Made by a program: the position numbers and the translations under genes. DNA of 64,000 nt from Paramecium tetraurelia. Taxonomy: Eukaryota. The stretch is taken from positions 186,001-250,000 of the forward strand of contig CT868024.1 of the NCBI GenBank assembly GCA_000165425.1. The letters run 5' to 3'. This document shows, piece after piece, positions 27,316-41,283 of this stretch. Under the pieces are notes generated by a model. It ran no database searches. It saw only the letters and a list, made by a program, of their open reading frames with translations, and was not told the origin of the DNA. The stretch's first letter is position 1. Each line of letters begins with the position of its first letter.

Positions 27316-27544
27316 AAAATAATTTCAAATAAATTTTATTTTATTAATATATAAGGTTGGCTCAAACAGTTTTAACTTAATTTTGATTTTTGCACAATGA
27401 GATATGTGGTTTTTGATGTTGCTTTTGATTGTTGTTTATAATTGAAATAAAATGGTTTTTAGTATTTTTGCATTTTTTAATTAATACCTGATCTTAATCG
27501 CTTAGATATGGAATTCAAATTTTTAAATTCATGTCTAATGATAT

Positions 27545-27643
27545 TGAGGTACGCGAATAGCCTGAATGTGGGTATTCGTACATTCTCAGGATCGAGAGAG
27601 GATGCATTGGATTTATCATTTAAATTTGTGTATCTGCACAATA
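27545..27643 (+). ncRNA. Possible H/ACA-like structured RNA
   Basis: Two predicted hairpins (tgag-gtac-cgaata/tattcg-tac-ctca; ggatgca-tggattta/taaatttg-tgtatct), AGAGGA between them, ACA at 27638-27640. Confidence 0.3.
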
Positions 27644-27674
27644 TTATATTATTTATTTAAATTAAAAATCGGAA

Positions 27675-30600
27675 ATGAATTCGAAGGGCAAAAGGACTTT
27701 AGGTACATGATATAAAAAATATATGACAGGTCCAATTTAAAAAATTAACAAGCCGTCGATCGATTTTGAGTCAGCTCTAAAGGAACATCGAGCAGTGGAG
27801 GAAAGAATAAAAATGGAAACTGACAGTCAAGATCCGAGGTATTTAGAGTAACATATGTATTTAAGGAAATTTGTAATGAACCTGTTGAATGATCGTGATA
27901 ATTCATTAATAATGGATAATTCCCTAACTCATTCGCAAGTGGCTATAAAAAAGAAAGTATTATTGATAATTAATTTAACAGGTGTACATACGTTCAAGAC
28001 AGGTTAAGAGTCAAGTGCCATTCATGTAAATGTAGACGAAGAACAACTCCCAAATTTAATTTGCATCTCCTTCTTAGAGTTTGAAGTTTGACTTTGATTT
28101 GAAACCCGATTTCAATTCTAAACGATCGAATTTTGTTCCCAAGTTTATAAATTCAGGAATCAATTTTGACGTCGAAGTAAGAGGAACACTTGGAGAAGAG
28201 TTTACAGAGTTTCAGATGTGTAATTAAGTAATCAAATAAATTAGATGACAATGACTCATAACCAGAAGACATCCCAAAAAATAAAAACTTTTCTTATGGA
28301 GGCAGAATGACCAATAAAAAACTTAAGGAATACGATTGTTGGGATGAAGAAAGAACTCCTTAAGAATGGTTAGAAATATGTAAAAAGAGCAATCCTCCTC
28401 ATGCAAAATGTCCAATGTTTGATTAATCAGACAAATACGTTTGGACAGATGTGGAGGTGTTGGGTTTTGAGAATGGCAAATTCGAAGTCAAGATATTGAG
28501 ATCAAGCAAAATCAAACGAATAGGCAGATTGTCACTATAATTCAATTCAGAAGATCCTGTCAAATTCGAATAAAGAGTTGAATTGTGTAAATAAAGATAA
28601 AAGAATGCTGATGATGAATTGAGATTCCTTAAATATGTGGACTCTTTGCCTGATTCAATGACATCGACTTTATCTCTTGAAATGCAGAAAAAGATCGAAG
28701 AATACACAGTTTTTAGAGATTTGCCATACATAATCAAAGAAGATCCAAGCAAAATAGCTCCTGGGTTTCCACAGATTTAAAATCTCAAAGATGAATTGAA
28801 GTAGATGATCACAGATCCAGAAATCAGAAGGAAACAAATGCAACATCTTGAGTTGCTTAAAAAAGACTTGGTGAAATAAGTTCAAAAAGAATATATCATG
28901 CTCATGAAGAAGTGTTCAATTCTCAAGGACATGGAAGTCAATAAGAATGATATCAAGTGGATTTAATTAAGAATCAAGAACAGATTTGAATAAACCAAAA
29001 GGCCTTATCATGGTTTAACTAAATAGTTTGCGAGTGACACTAAAATTCTGAGCTTCGAATCTCTGGGCCAATAGACATCAAAGCAAGTGAAAGTTCAAGA
29101 TAATTGGGCCTTTGTTGCAATCAGATAAAACATCTCACAATTACATTATTCAAAATTCACTGTAGTCGTTAACACATTGAATGCTTTAACAGCCAGATCC
29201 TAATTGTATTAGAATTTCCCACTCCTTAATGTATTGCTTAATCATTAATCTTTACCCATGGCTTTGTCTAATTTCGAAAGCTAACAAAAATAGCATAATA
29301 TCTAAGGAAGATAAACTCTGTAGGTGTAATGGCGTAGCACTATTGTTGGAGACATTCAAGATAAATTAAGAGAAAAGTATAGATTCTATTAAACTGAAAC
29401 TGAGGACTATTTGGATAGTGAATTGTAAAAATTACTTATTCGAATCGACTATATGTTTACCAATTATATTAGAGAAAATGTAGTTCGACAAACTTGCTAG
29501 TCATGGATTGATTTTCTAAAAAAGTTCACGACTCCAAAAGACGGGGAATAATGGAAGATTAATGATTATCCTTTATTGATTTTAAATCTTGAAGTCAATC
29601 TCAATTTCAAGAAAAAGAAGAATGACAAAAAAAATAAATAAGATGATACTCCTTTGTTGATGACAGATGAGGATCCCAATAGTGCCATTTACTTTTCTCC
29701 TAATTTCTCTGCCATCTAACAGGGTTTGTTAAAGCCAATAGATCTTTTATTGGAATCAGTGAATTCCTTTAATAGACTCGAAAAAGATTTGGTTCCATTG
29801 GTGGATATTGATTAGAAAAAGGAGGTAAAGGGACGATTGAGAGCTTACGAGATTGAAAATGACAAGGATTAAATGTGGATTAAGTGGGCTAAGGATAAGG
29901 TCTAAGAATATCTGGAGATCGGTTATTAGAAACCTAATTAAATGCTATAAAAGTTCAGGGAATTTAGTTTCTTATTAGAAAAGTCTGTTCAAAGTGTTCT
30001 AAAAAGTTTATTTGGAGATGTGTCGAAAAAACCTATCATAACCTCATTGGATAAGGATGAGATATCAAAAAAGTTATCTGATTTTATTAATGCCAAATTT
30101 TAAATACAAAGATTATGTTTGGATGAAAAGAATGAATAATTTTTTTAGATTAAAACTAGAATTGCCAAAGAAAATTTGATCTCAAAAGCCAATGAATTTA
30201 TCACATCCATTTTGAAACAGTGTTCAGATATTGTGACTGACAACATTAGTCGTTTAAGTTAGGAATATAGCGATATGAGTGATAGAATTACAAAGCAACC
30301 CAAAAATGAGGCTGAATTAGTAGAATTAAAATCTTATATAGCAGAACACGAAGTTAATTTGGCAAAGAAGAAATAAGAGGTGGATTGTATCTATGATTAT
30401 TTGACCATGTTCGAAGACATGAGTCATAATTTTGAAGATAAAAACCTCTATGAGTTTTGGAATTTATATAGTTTCCCTCCTGAAATTAAAAATCATGTGA
30501 TCGAAGGTCAAAGAAAGGCTAATCTATAAGAGTAAAAGTTTATGGAAAACTTGGATAACGAGAAGGATAAGTTCCAAGGAGAATTGAAGGAATTGACAGA

Positions 30601-33600
30601 ATTATTCTCAACTGTCTAGAAATTTGATGACTATTCAAGAGTAAAGGATTTTGCAAATGATGTCGTATCACTCAATGACCGTTTCTAAAATGCCTAAAAG
30701 AAGGTAGAATCATTTAATGAGAGAGAAATACTGTTTAAATAATAACCATCAGTTTATGAAGATTTGAATTAATTGATTAAGGATTTCACTATTTACTTCA
30801 ATTTGTGGACTAATGCTATTGAATTTGAGTATGATAGAAGTGATTGGTGTACAGGTTCATTCTTGAAGCTAAATTTCACTGAAATTGAAAACAAAGTTAG
30901 AACCAACTAAAGGAATGCCAATTTACTTATAAAGGCTTTCTCTGATGCACAAGATGACACAGCCGTAGAAGTGGCACGCAAGTTGAAAGGTCAAATCGAT
31001 GAGTTCAAAGAGAGATTGTGGTTGATTGAATTACTGACCACTGAGGCTATGAAAACTAAGTTGAATATGTGGAAAGACATCTGGAAGATTGTTGGAATTG
31101 TTGATCAAGAAACAAATGACGATTTATCATTGGATGCTTTGGTTTCTCACGGCCTTATGAATTTTAGGAATGACATCGAAGAAGTGTCAAGGAGAGCTGA
31201 GAAATAGTGGTAAATAGAAAAGAATCTCAATTCAATTCAAGAGAAGCTTAAGGATTAAAAAGTAGAAATGATTCCATACAAAAAGACAGGAACCTTTGTG
31301 TTGAAATCTTTAGAAGAAGTAGTGTAATGCTTTGATGATTAATTCAACATTCTATTGATGTTAAAGGCACAACCTTAAATCAAAGCTGTATTACATAAAG
31401 CATAAGCCTTGGAGTAAAAGATAGTGTTGATTTAGGACACACTTGATGGTTGGATAAAGTGTTAAAGAGGGTGGATGTATTTGGAACCTATTTTTACTTC
31501 TGATGATATCAAGAAGAAAATGCCTTAAGAAACCTTAAAATTTTAGAAGGTGGATACTCATTGGAAATAAGTGATGGAATAATTCAGCAAGGAGCCCAAT
31601 CTTTGGGACGGAGTAGAAAGTGATAAGATGAAGAATGAATTCGATTAGGATAATAAGGCTTTGGATTAGATTTAGAAATCTTTAAGTGAGTATTTGGAGA
31701 CAAAACGTAACTCATTCCCAAGATTTTATTTCTTATCAGATGAGGAACTATTGGAAATCTTGGCATAAACCAAAGATCCAGAAACAGTGTAGAAGCATAT
31801 TAATAAATGTTTTGAAGCCATCAACTTAATTAGAATTTGTAAATGGATAGGAAGTGGTAGCCAATGATATCAGCAGAAAAAGAAAAAGTACAATTTTTCA
31901 AAAGGAATTAATGTTAATGAAGGTGAAAAGAAAGGTAATGTGGAAAAGTGGTTGTGTGAAATTGAGTCTGTTATGATAGACACATTGAAGAAGATTATGA
32001 AAGCCTCACATTTGGATAACGATACAAAGAGAGTTGTTTGGGTAAGGAAATGGCCTGCTTAAATTGTATTGGCAGTTAATATGATCAGATGGACCAGAGG
32101 TAGTGAGCTGGCTATAAATGATAAAGACAATTAATAAGGAGGATTGACAGGATTTTTATAACAATTGATTAATGAACTTAGAGATATTGTTGATTTGGTT
32201 AGATAAGATTTGTCTCCTTTAGAGAGATTAACATTGGGTGCACTTGTTGTGTTAGATGTACATGCAAGAGATGTAATTAGACAACTAGTAAAAATTGGTT
32301 GCAATGATATTAACAATTTCTAATGGATGGCGTAATTGCGATATTATTGGACTGAATAGATAATGAAATGCAATGTCAAGATGATCAATGCTGATTTACT
32401 CTATGGATATGAGTATTTGGGTAATAGTATGAGATTGGTCATTACACCTTTAACTGATAGATGTTATCGTACTTTGATGGGAGCATTCCATTTACAGTAT
32501 GGAGGTGCACCTGAAGGTCCAGCAGGAACAGGAAAAACAGAAACTGTTAAGGATTTAGCCAAAGCATTGGCAGTTCAATGTGTTGTGTTTAATTGCTCTG
32601 ATGGTTTGAACTATTTAGCTATGAGTAAATTCTTTAAAGGATTGGCAAGTTCAGGAGCTTGGTGTTGTTTTGATGAGTTCAATCGTATAGATTTAGAAGT
32701 GCTCTCAGTTATTGCTTAATAAGTGCTCACCATTTAGGATGCTATCAGACAGAAGAGACCAGAGTTTGAATTTGAAGGTACCTCAATTAAATTGATTCTG
32801 TCATGTGCCATTAATATTACAATGAATCCAGGATATGCAGGTAGATCCGATTTACCCGATAACTTAAAGGCTCTATTTAGACCATGCGCTATGATGGTTC
32901 CAGATTATGCATTGATTTCAGAAATCTATTTAGCATCTGTAGGATTTTAAGATGCCAATAATCTAGCACGTAAAATTGTGGCCTCATTAAGATTGTCATC
33001 CGAACAACTTTCATCCCAGGACCATTACGATTTTGGTATGAGAGCCTTAAAAGCTATTTTGACAGCTGCAGGTAATCTAAAAAGAGTTATGAATGACATT
33101 GAAGATATCATATGTTTAAGAGCCCTTATGGATGTCAATATTCCAAAATTCACAATAAATGATGTGCCCTTATTCAATTCAATTACCTCAGATCTATTTC
33201 CAGGAATCAAGTTGCCTGAATAAGATTATGGAGCATTGGAGACAGCACTCAAAAATACGGCATAAGAGATCAACATTCAAGCAGAAAAAGGATTCATTGA
33301 AAAGTGTATTCAATTATTCGATACCATAAATGTTAGACATGGTCTGATGATTGTAGGATAAGCATTTGCAGGTAAATCCAAAGTATTGGAATGTTTGGCC
33401 AAAGCCATGTCTTCATTAAATAAGGTGTAATCTTTTGTGAACGTTGCTGTGCTCAAACTTAATCCAAAATCCATTACTTCAGATCAGTTATATGGTAAAT
33501 TGGATCCAGACACAAAGTCATGGACTGATGGAGTCATTGCTATTATTATGAGATAGTGTGCGTAAGATGCAGAAATTGAAGAAAGGAAGTGGGTTGTATT

Positions 33601-36600
33601 TGATGGACCTGTTGATGCAGTTTGGATTGAAAATATGAATACCGTATTGGATGATAATAAGAAGTTATGTTTGACATCTGGTGAAATCATTAAGATGACA
33701 AACTGGATGACTATGATGTTTGAAGTTGAGGATCTTGCTGTTGCATCACCTGCCACTGTTAGTAGATGTGGTATGGTCTTTTTAGAAACACAACAAATTG
33801 GATGGTATGCCTTAGTCAAATCATATATATAAACAATCCCTGAAAAATTCATAGAACATCACTATTTGGATGATCTATTAAGAGTCATTATTGATGCCAG
33901 TTAGGAATGGTTGAGGAAGAATGGTAAATTCCCAATTTACAAGAGTGAAATGACTCTGGTGAAAAACATGTTACTGATACTCCAAACTTATTTACAGGAA
34001 TGGACAGACATAGATGAGAAAGCATAATAGAAATAAATTAATCATAATGAAATTAAGGATGTAGTCTCTAAAGCTGTTCTATTTTCTTGTGTTTGGAGTT
34101 TTGGTGCAGCCATAGATGAAGTGTGTCGAAAACAATATAATTTATTCTTGATTAAGTTGATATCTGCAGAAGATGTTCAAGAGACCTTCAACTTATAACT
34201 GTAATATAAATTTACACCTGTCTCTATCAACGCTAAATTACCAGATAAAGCTAATCTATTCGATATGGTGTATGACAGAAATAAAAACAATTTCATCAGT
34301 TGGACTCAAACATAGCCTCCATTTGTCATTCCTAAAGGATGTGACTATCATGATTTGCTCATTCCCACTAGTGATTCTATTAGAAATAATTACTTTCTGC
34401 ATTTATGTGTAAGAAATAAGATACATTTATTGGTATCTGGACCAACTGGTACTGGTAAGACCTCGAATATTGTTAGTGAAATCAATAAAAACTATTTTAA
34501 CACTGAATATACAAATTTGATAACTGCGTTTTCAGGTTAAACTCTGGTCAATTAAGTCTAAAAAACTATAGAAGCAAAAGTTAACTCAAGGAGAAGAAAG
34601 GGATATTTTGGACCTGAGGAAGGCAAAAAATACATTGTTATATTTATTGATGATTTGAATATGCCAGCCAAAGAAAAGTATGGGGCATAACCTCCGATAG
34701 AATTGTTAAGGTAGTGGATGGATACACAAGGTTGGTATGATTTAGAAACTAAAGAACCTAAGTTTCTTCAAGGAATTACTTTTATTGCTAGCATGTTGCC
34801 ACCAACAGGAGGAAGAAATGTAGTAAGTATGAGATATTTAAGACACTATGTTCTCTTATATGTTGAACCTTTCGAAGGAGATTCATTACAACGTATCTTT
34901 TAAAATGTGTTGGAATGGTATTATGCAAGACAGACGAATCCATTTATGAAATCAATCACAAATCTCAGAGATTAAACAGTGAATGCAACTCTTGATATTT
35001 ATCAATTAATTCAGACTTGTAAGGAACTTTTGCCAACTCCAGCCAAATCACATTATATTTACAATCTTAGAGATATCAGCAAGGTGTTCTAAGGAATTTC
35101 TAAAGGAACTATTAAATCTTTCAGGGATGAAAATGATTTCATAAAGTTATGGGCACATGAATGTCAACGTGTGTTTTAAGATAGATTGATTAATGAAGAT
35201 GACTAAGGAACTTTCGACAAAATATTAAAGGAAACCATTTTGAAACATTTCAAACGAGATTGGAAACAATTAGTACAAATAGAACCACTCTTATGGGCTT
35301 CTTTTGTTCCCACCCTCTATCCTGATGATGATAAAACAAAGAGACCCATGACTGATATCTATTGTGAATTAACAGATCGAGAGACACTTAAGAAAGTATG
35401 TCAGGAACAATTAAATGAATACAATTCATAGTACACGAGTAATCGAATGGAGTTAGTGTTATTTATGAATGCAATCCAACACGTGCTTAAGATAGTGCGT
35501 GTGGTCAACACAACATTTGGTCATGCTTTGTTGGTTGGTGTAGGAGGTTCGTGGAAGAGAAGAGTTTGGCCTAATTGGCCTCCTTCATTGCATTCTAAAA
35601 TGAAACATTGCAAGTGGACTCAAGAAATTGGATTGAAGAATTGCAGAAGGTAATGAAGATGGGAGGAATAGATCAAAAGGAATTTGTGTTCATGTATTCG
35701 GATACTTAGATCATTAAGGAATCGATGGTTGAGGATATTTGCAATATCTTGAATAATGGTGAAGTACCTAATTTATTCCCACCTGAGGAGAAAAGTAAAA
35801 TCATCGAAGAAATGAGTAGTTACACATCTGGAACTCCAAACGAGAAATATAGTTATTTTGTAAAGTAGTGCAAGAAGAATTTGCATCTTGTGATTTGCAT
35901 GTCTCCTGTAGGAGAAGCATTTAGAAGGAGATTGCGTACCTTTCCCTGCTTTGGTTAATTGCACAACAATCGATTGGTTCTTGCCATGGCCAGAGGAAGC
36001 CCTTAGATCAACAGCTGATGCAGTGTTTACCAAGAGACATTGAACCATCTCGACTCTGACACTAAATTGAGATTGGGTTTGGTGGATGTAGCAGTCGACA
36101 TGCAAATCAGAGTGTCTGATCTAACCAAAAGATATTACAACGAATTAAGAAGATACTATTATGTTACCCCAACATCGTATTTGGAATTGCTCAACACATT
36201 CAAGAGACTCAAGTCAGACAGAGATCAAAATATGTCCAAAATGATATCTCGATATGAGGCAGGTGTAGATAAGATCATCATTACAGAAAGTGAAGTGAGC
36301 AAAATGTAGAAGGAATTGGAAGATTTGTAACCAAAATTGGAGTAGGCTACTAAGGACAACAGTATAATGTTGATTAATTTGTAAAAGAAATAGAAAGAAG
36401 CTGATGCAAGAAAGTAGGTTTGTCAATAAGAAGAGAAAGATTGTAATGTACAAAGAGATGGGGCAAATGCTTTGAGAAATGATTGTTAAAATGATCTAGA
36501 CAAAGTGTTGCCCATCTTGGCTCAGGCTGCTGAAGCTTTGGAAAAGATTGATAAAAATGATATGGTTTAATTGAAATCATTCCCTAAGCCTCCTCCTTCT

Positions 36601-39600
36601 GCTGCCATTGTCATGGAAGGATTGTGTTACATCTTTTAGGAAGATTAAAATGTGCCTTGGAAACCAAAAGAACCTGGCTCGATGGAAAAAGTGTAAGATT
36701 TTTGGGAGTATTCTAAAAAGAATCTTTTGAATGATAAGTTGATTAAAAGAATTAAGGATTTCAGAGATGATTCAATCAGATAAATTCCTTAAGTGAAGAT
36801 CAACAAATTAAAGGCATTCTCATAAAACCCATTGTTTTAGAAGGATAAGGTGTTTAATGCATCCGTTGCAGCAGGTAATTTGAGTTTGTGGGTTCGGGCT
36901 GTTGTAGAGACTTATGATGCTTTATTGGTGGTGGATCCAAAGAGATAACAATTATTGGAGGCAGAGTCAAAGTTAAAGGAGGCAGAAGAAACTCTTAGAG
37001 TGAAGTAGGAAGCATTACAGGAAGTGCTTGACATGTTGGCTAAGTTGGAGGCCGAATATAATAAGGCAAAGTAAGAGAAGGAGGACTTGGAAGCTAAGGT
37101 CAATAAGTGCAAAATCTAATTTGAGTAGGGCTGAGAAATTAATTACTGAATTAGGAGGTGAGAAGGAGAGTTGGAAGAAGAAGGCTGCTGATTATAGAGT
37201 TGATTCTAAGACAATTGTTGGTGATTGCATATTGTCATCAGGAATTGTGGCCTATTTGGGAGCATTTCCAATTGCCTACAGAGATGACACAATAAAAATA
37301 TGGTAGACTTTGTTGGAGAAATTGACTATTGAATTCGATCCTGAATTTTCATTGCAGAAGATCTTGTGTGATCCAATCACAATGGGACAATGGACAAATG
37401 TTTAAAAATTGCCAAATGATTCGTTTTCTATTGACAATGCCATCATTCTTAAGAATTCCACTAGATGGCCTTTGATGATTGATCCTCAAACCTAAGCTAA
37501 TACTTGGGTTAAGCATATGGAAGCTTAGCAATTAGTAATTGTGAGACCTACCCAATCGTAAAATGTGTTATCAAAGACCTTGGAAAGTGCCATATAATTT
37601 GGATAGAGTGTGTTGTTAGAAAATGTAGGTGAAACCATTGATGCTATCTTCGAATCTATTCTCTAATAAAAGATCATCAAACAAGGGTCAGCTTACAAAT
37701 TGAAATTCGGAGACAAAATGATTGACTACTCCAGAGACTTTAAGTTTTACATGACTACTAAATTGGCTAGACCTCATTATCCCCCTGAAATTTGTGTTAA
37801 GGTTACTATGTTGAATTTCCAAGTAACTCAGGAGGGTTTGGAAGATCAGATGTTGAATATTGTTGTGAAGATCGAGGAACCTGCCAAAGATGAGCAAAGA
37901 TAAAGGAATATTAAGGAATTCTTTGAAAATAAGAATAAGTAAAAGATGACAGAAGATAACATTTTGCAATTGTTGCAGGACTCAAAAGGAAATCTTTTGG
38001 ATGATGAAGTATTGATTGATACTCTGCAGAGATCGAAGGCGGAATCAATCACAATTTAGGATAAGTTGAAGAAACAAGAGCAGGATAGGGAACAATTTAA
38101 TTAAATTCGTAATTTCTACAAAGAAGTGGCCAAGAGAGTTGCTAATCTATACTTTGTTGTTTTGGATCTGTCCTTAATTGAACCTACTTATCAATGGTCT
38201 TTGGAGTTCTACATCATACTATTTGAGAGGGCCATTCGAGAGTCAATATAAGGAAAGGAGAATAGAAGCAAAAATATCATTGATAAGTTTTAGATATCCT
38301 TATACGAGAGTATTTGTAGATCTCTATTGGAGAAGGATAAGTTGATATATTCATTTTTGATGACAATGAAAGTGATGCAAAGTGAGGGTAAGATTACTCC
38401 ACAAGAAATCCGTTTCACTATGGTTGGTGGTACATACACAGATCCAACATATCCATAACCATAACCAGAATGGATATCGAAAAAGATGTGGTGTCTAGTA
38501 ACTGAAGCAGCTGACACTCTGCCATTCTTTAAAGGATTCCCTGAATCATTCTCTAAACACCTCTCTGATTGGCAAGAAATCTATGATAGCAGTGAACCAT
38601 AGACTCAACAATTACCTGAACCTTGGAATTCATAATTGACTGCTTTCTAAAAGTTGATTGTCTTGCGTATCATCAGACCTGATAAATTTGCAAATGCCAC
38701 TCAGAATCTGATCATAACAGAAATGGGCAAATAATTTATGGATCCTCCCCCCTTCAATCTAGAATATGCCTACAAAGACGCAGATGCTTATACTCCACTG
38801 ATATTCATATTGTCTCCAGGTGCTGACCCTCGTTTGGAAATATCAACATTGGCTGATCGTCTAGGATTTAGATAGAACTTCATTACTCTCTCCTTAGGTT
38901 AAGGTCAAGGAGAAATTGCCACTAATGCTATCAAGGGAGCTGTCAAAGATGGCAAATGGGTTTTATTGTAGAATTGCCATCTTGCACCATCATTTATGCC
39001 TGAATTAGAAAGAATTCACGAATAAGAAATATGTGCAAAGCCAGCTCAAGAGGTTAATTCAGACTTTAGAATTTGGTTGACTTCTATGCCCTCAAATGTA
39101 TTCCCAGTAACACTATTAATGAGAGGCATCAAGATGACATACGAACCCCCAAGAGGCTTAAAAAACAATATGTTGAGAAACTTCTCTTCAATTGATGCCA
39201 AGAGTTTTGAGTAATGTAAGAAACCTGTGGAATGGAAAAAACTGTTTTTCGGTTTGAATTTCTTCCATGCTGTGTGTCTAGAACGTCGTAAGTATGGACC
39301 TCTGGGATGGAATATCCCTTATGAATTCACATCAGCAGATCTAGCCATATCAGTGTCTTAATTGAAAAACTTCCTTGACACTTTCGAAGATATCCCTTGG
39401 GAGGCTCTTAATTACATGGTTGCTGAAGCTAATTATGGAGGTAGAGTCACAGATCCCAAAGATAGAAGATTAATTAGTATTCTGCTTAAATAATTTTATA
39501 CAACTGACGTATTGTAGATTGACAAACATAAATTAAGTCCAAGTGGCATTTATTATGTTCCTCCAAATGGAGTGTTAGAAGATTACAAAGAATATATCAG

Positions 39601-40658
39601 AAATCTCCCTCTGAATGATTAGACTGAAGTGTTCGGACTACATGATAATGCAGAGATATCATCAGCAATTATTGAAACTAATTTCATTACATCAACCATA
39701 TTATCCTTATTACCAAGATCAACAGGAGGTTCTGGTGTGTCTGCTGAAGACTTAATCAAAGAGAAATGCAAACAAATCTTATCTAAATTGCCTAATTAAT
39801 TCAACGTTGAGGATGCTGCTCGTAAACATCCTGTGCAATACAATCAGAGTATGAATACTGTCTTGCAATAAGAGTTGATTAGATTCAACAAATTGTTATT
39901 AGCTGTTAGACAGTCTCTCATCGATTTAGGTAAGGCAATCGATGGTTTGGTCGTTATGAGTACAGATCTGGAGCAAGTGTTCAATAAAGTGTTTGATAAC
40001 CAAGTCCCGGATGTGTGGCACAAAGTTGCTTATCCCTCACTTAAACCACTAGGATCATGGATCAATGACTTTATTGACAGATTGCATTTCATGCAGTTGT
40101 GGATTGATAATGGAGCTCCGCCAACCTTCTGGGTATCTGGGTTCTTCTTCACTTAATCATTTTTGACTGGAACTCTTCAGAACTTTGCTCGAAAAGTATG
40201 TAATTAATTAATAATTTAGTACCAAATCCCAATTGATACACTCTCCTTTGAATTCATAGTGATTCCTCCTTCATCTCAAGAATACGATCTTACAAAACCT
40301 CCTGATGATGGATGCTACGTTTATGGTCTGTTCCTCGATGGTGCTCGATGGGATGAGGAAAATAGATGTCTCAACGAAAGTTTACCAAAAGTACTCCAAT
40401 ACAAGGTGCCCTACTTATGGCTATTACCAAGTGAAGAGAAGAAGGATTGGGATGCTGATATATCGGTACGAATACTCATCTAGATCTTAGGTTTATGAAT
40501 GTCCAGTCTACAAGACATCGAGAAGAGCTGGTACTCTATCAACGACAGGTCACTCCACCAACTTTGTCATTTCTATATATTTACCCATTTCACCAGATCA
40601 TCACCCATATCATTGGGTCAAAAGAGGAGTGGCTATGCTATGCTAAACTGATGATTGA
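27675..40658 (+). CDS. Axonemal inner-arm (single-headed) dynein heavy chain, DNAH1-like
   Basis: [26 protein letters not shown]1 [19 protein letters not shown]2 GQAFAGKS, P3 GPTGTGKT, P4 GVGGSGRK (after indel correction), C-terminus [23 protein letters not shown]...[18 protein letters not shown]; several +1 indels; subfamily call inferred from the N-terminal QFNSEDP..F..R motif. Confidence 0.96.
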
Positions 40659-40712
40659 TTCAAATTTTATAGTGTTACGGATTAATATATATATTAAAAT
40701 CACACATAGTTA

Positions 40713-41234
40713 TCACATAAACAGTTTATTGTTTTTGTGTCTTAATAATCTAACCTCAAAAGAGACCTTTTTTTGAATAGCAACTTATTTTGGTCTATGA
40801 ACTGATTTTTAGGACTTGGTTTGATTTATTTTTAAAATACTCTTGATAGTCTGGGTGTCTGACCCTCCTTAATTCTTTCTCAAGTTCACTGAAGTCTCTT
40901 CTTATAATACTACTTAGAATTTAGTTTGAGTTACAATTGCATTTAATTTTTGACTCACAACCTATACTGCCTCGCTTATCCTTGCTTGTTCTTAATGAAC
41001 TGTATTTTATTCATTGGTTATTTTCTCTTCAGTAAACCTTTTATTGACGTCCTAATCTTCCAGAATGCTCTCCAATTCGGTTAACTCTTGAGCATCCTCA
41101 AGTAATTCGGAATGAGTCAAAGGCTTCTCCAACGCACATTGTCTGTGAGGAGCCATTTTAATTTGCTTATTGATAATTGGAAATTGAGGATTTTCCTTAT
41201 TGTTAGATGATCTATTAATACAGACAGATCCCAT
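40713..41234 (-). CDS. Small acylated protein with SILK and (after a probable 1-nt indel) KVSF PP1-docking motifs
   Basis: MGSVCINRSS...TIKSILKNK; as assembled it stops at 40756; removing one base near 40820 gives ...IQKKVSFEVR...FM-TGA. Confidence 0.6.
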
Positions 41235-41283
41235 ATGCTTGAAGCTTTATTAATTTTTTTATGAAAACAAACAAATATATAAG

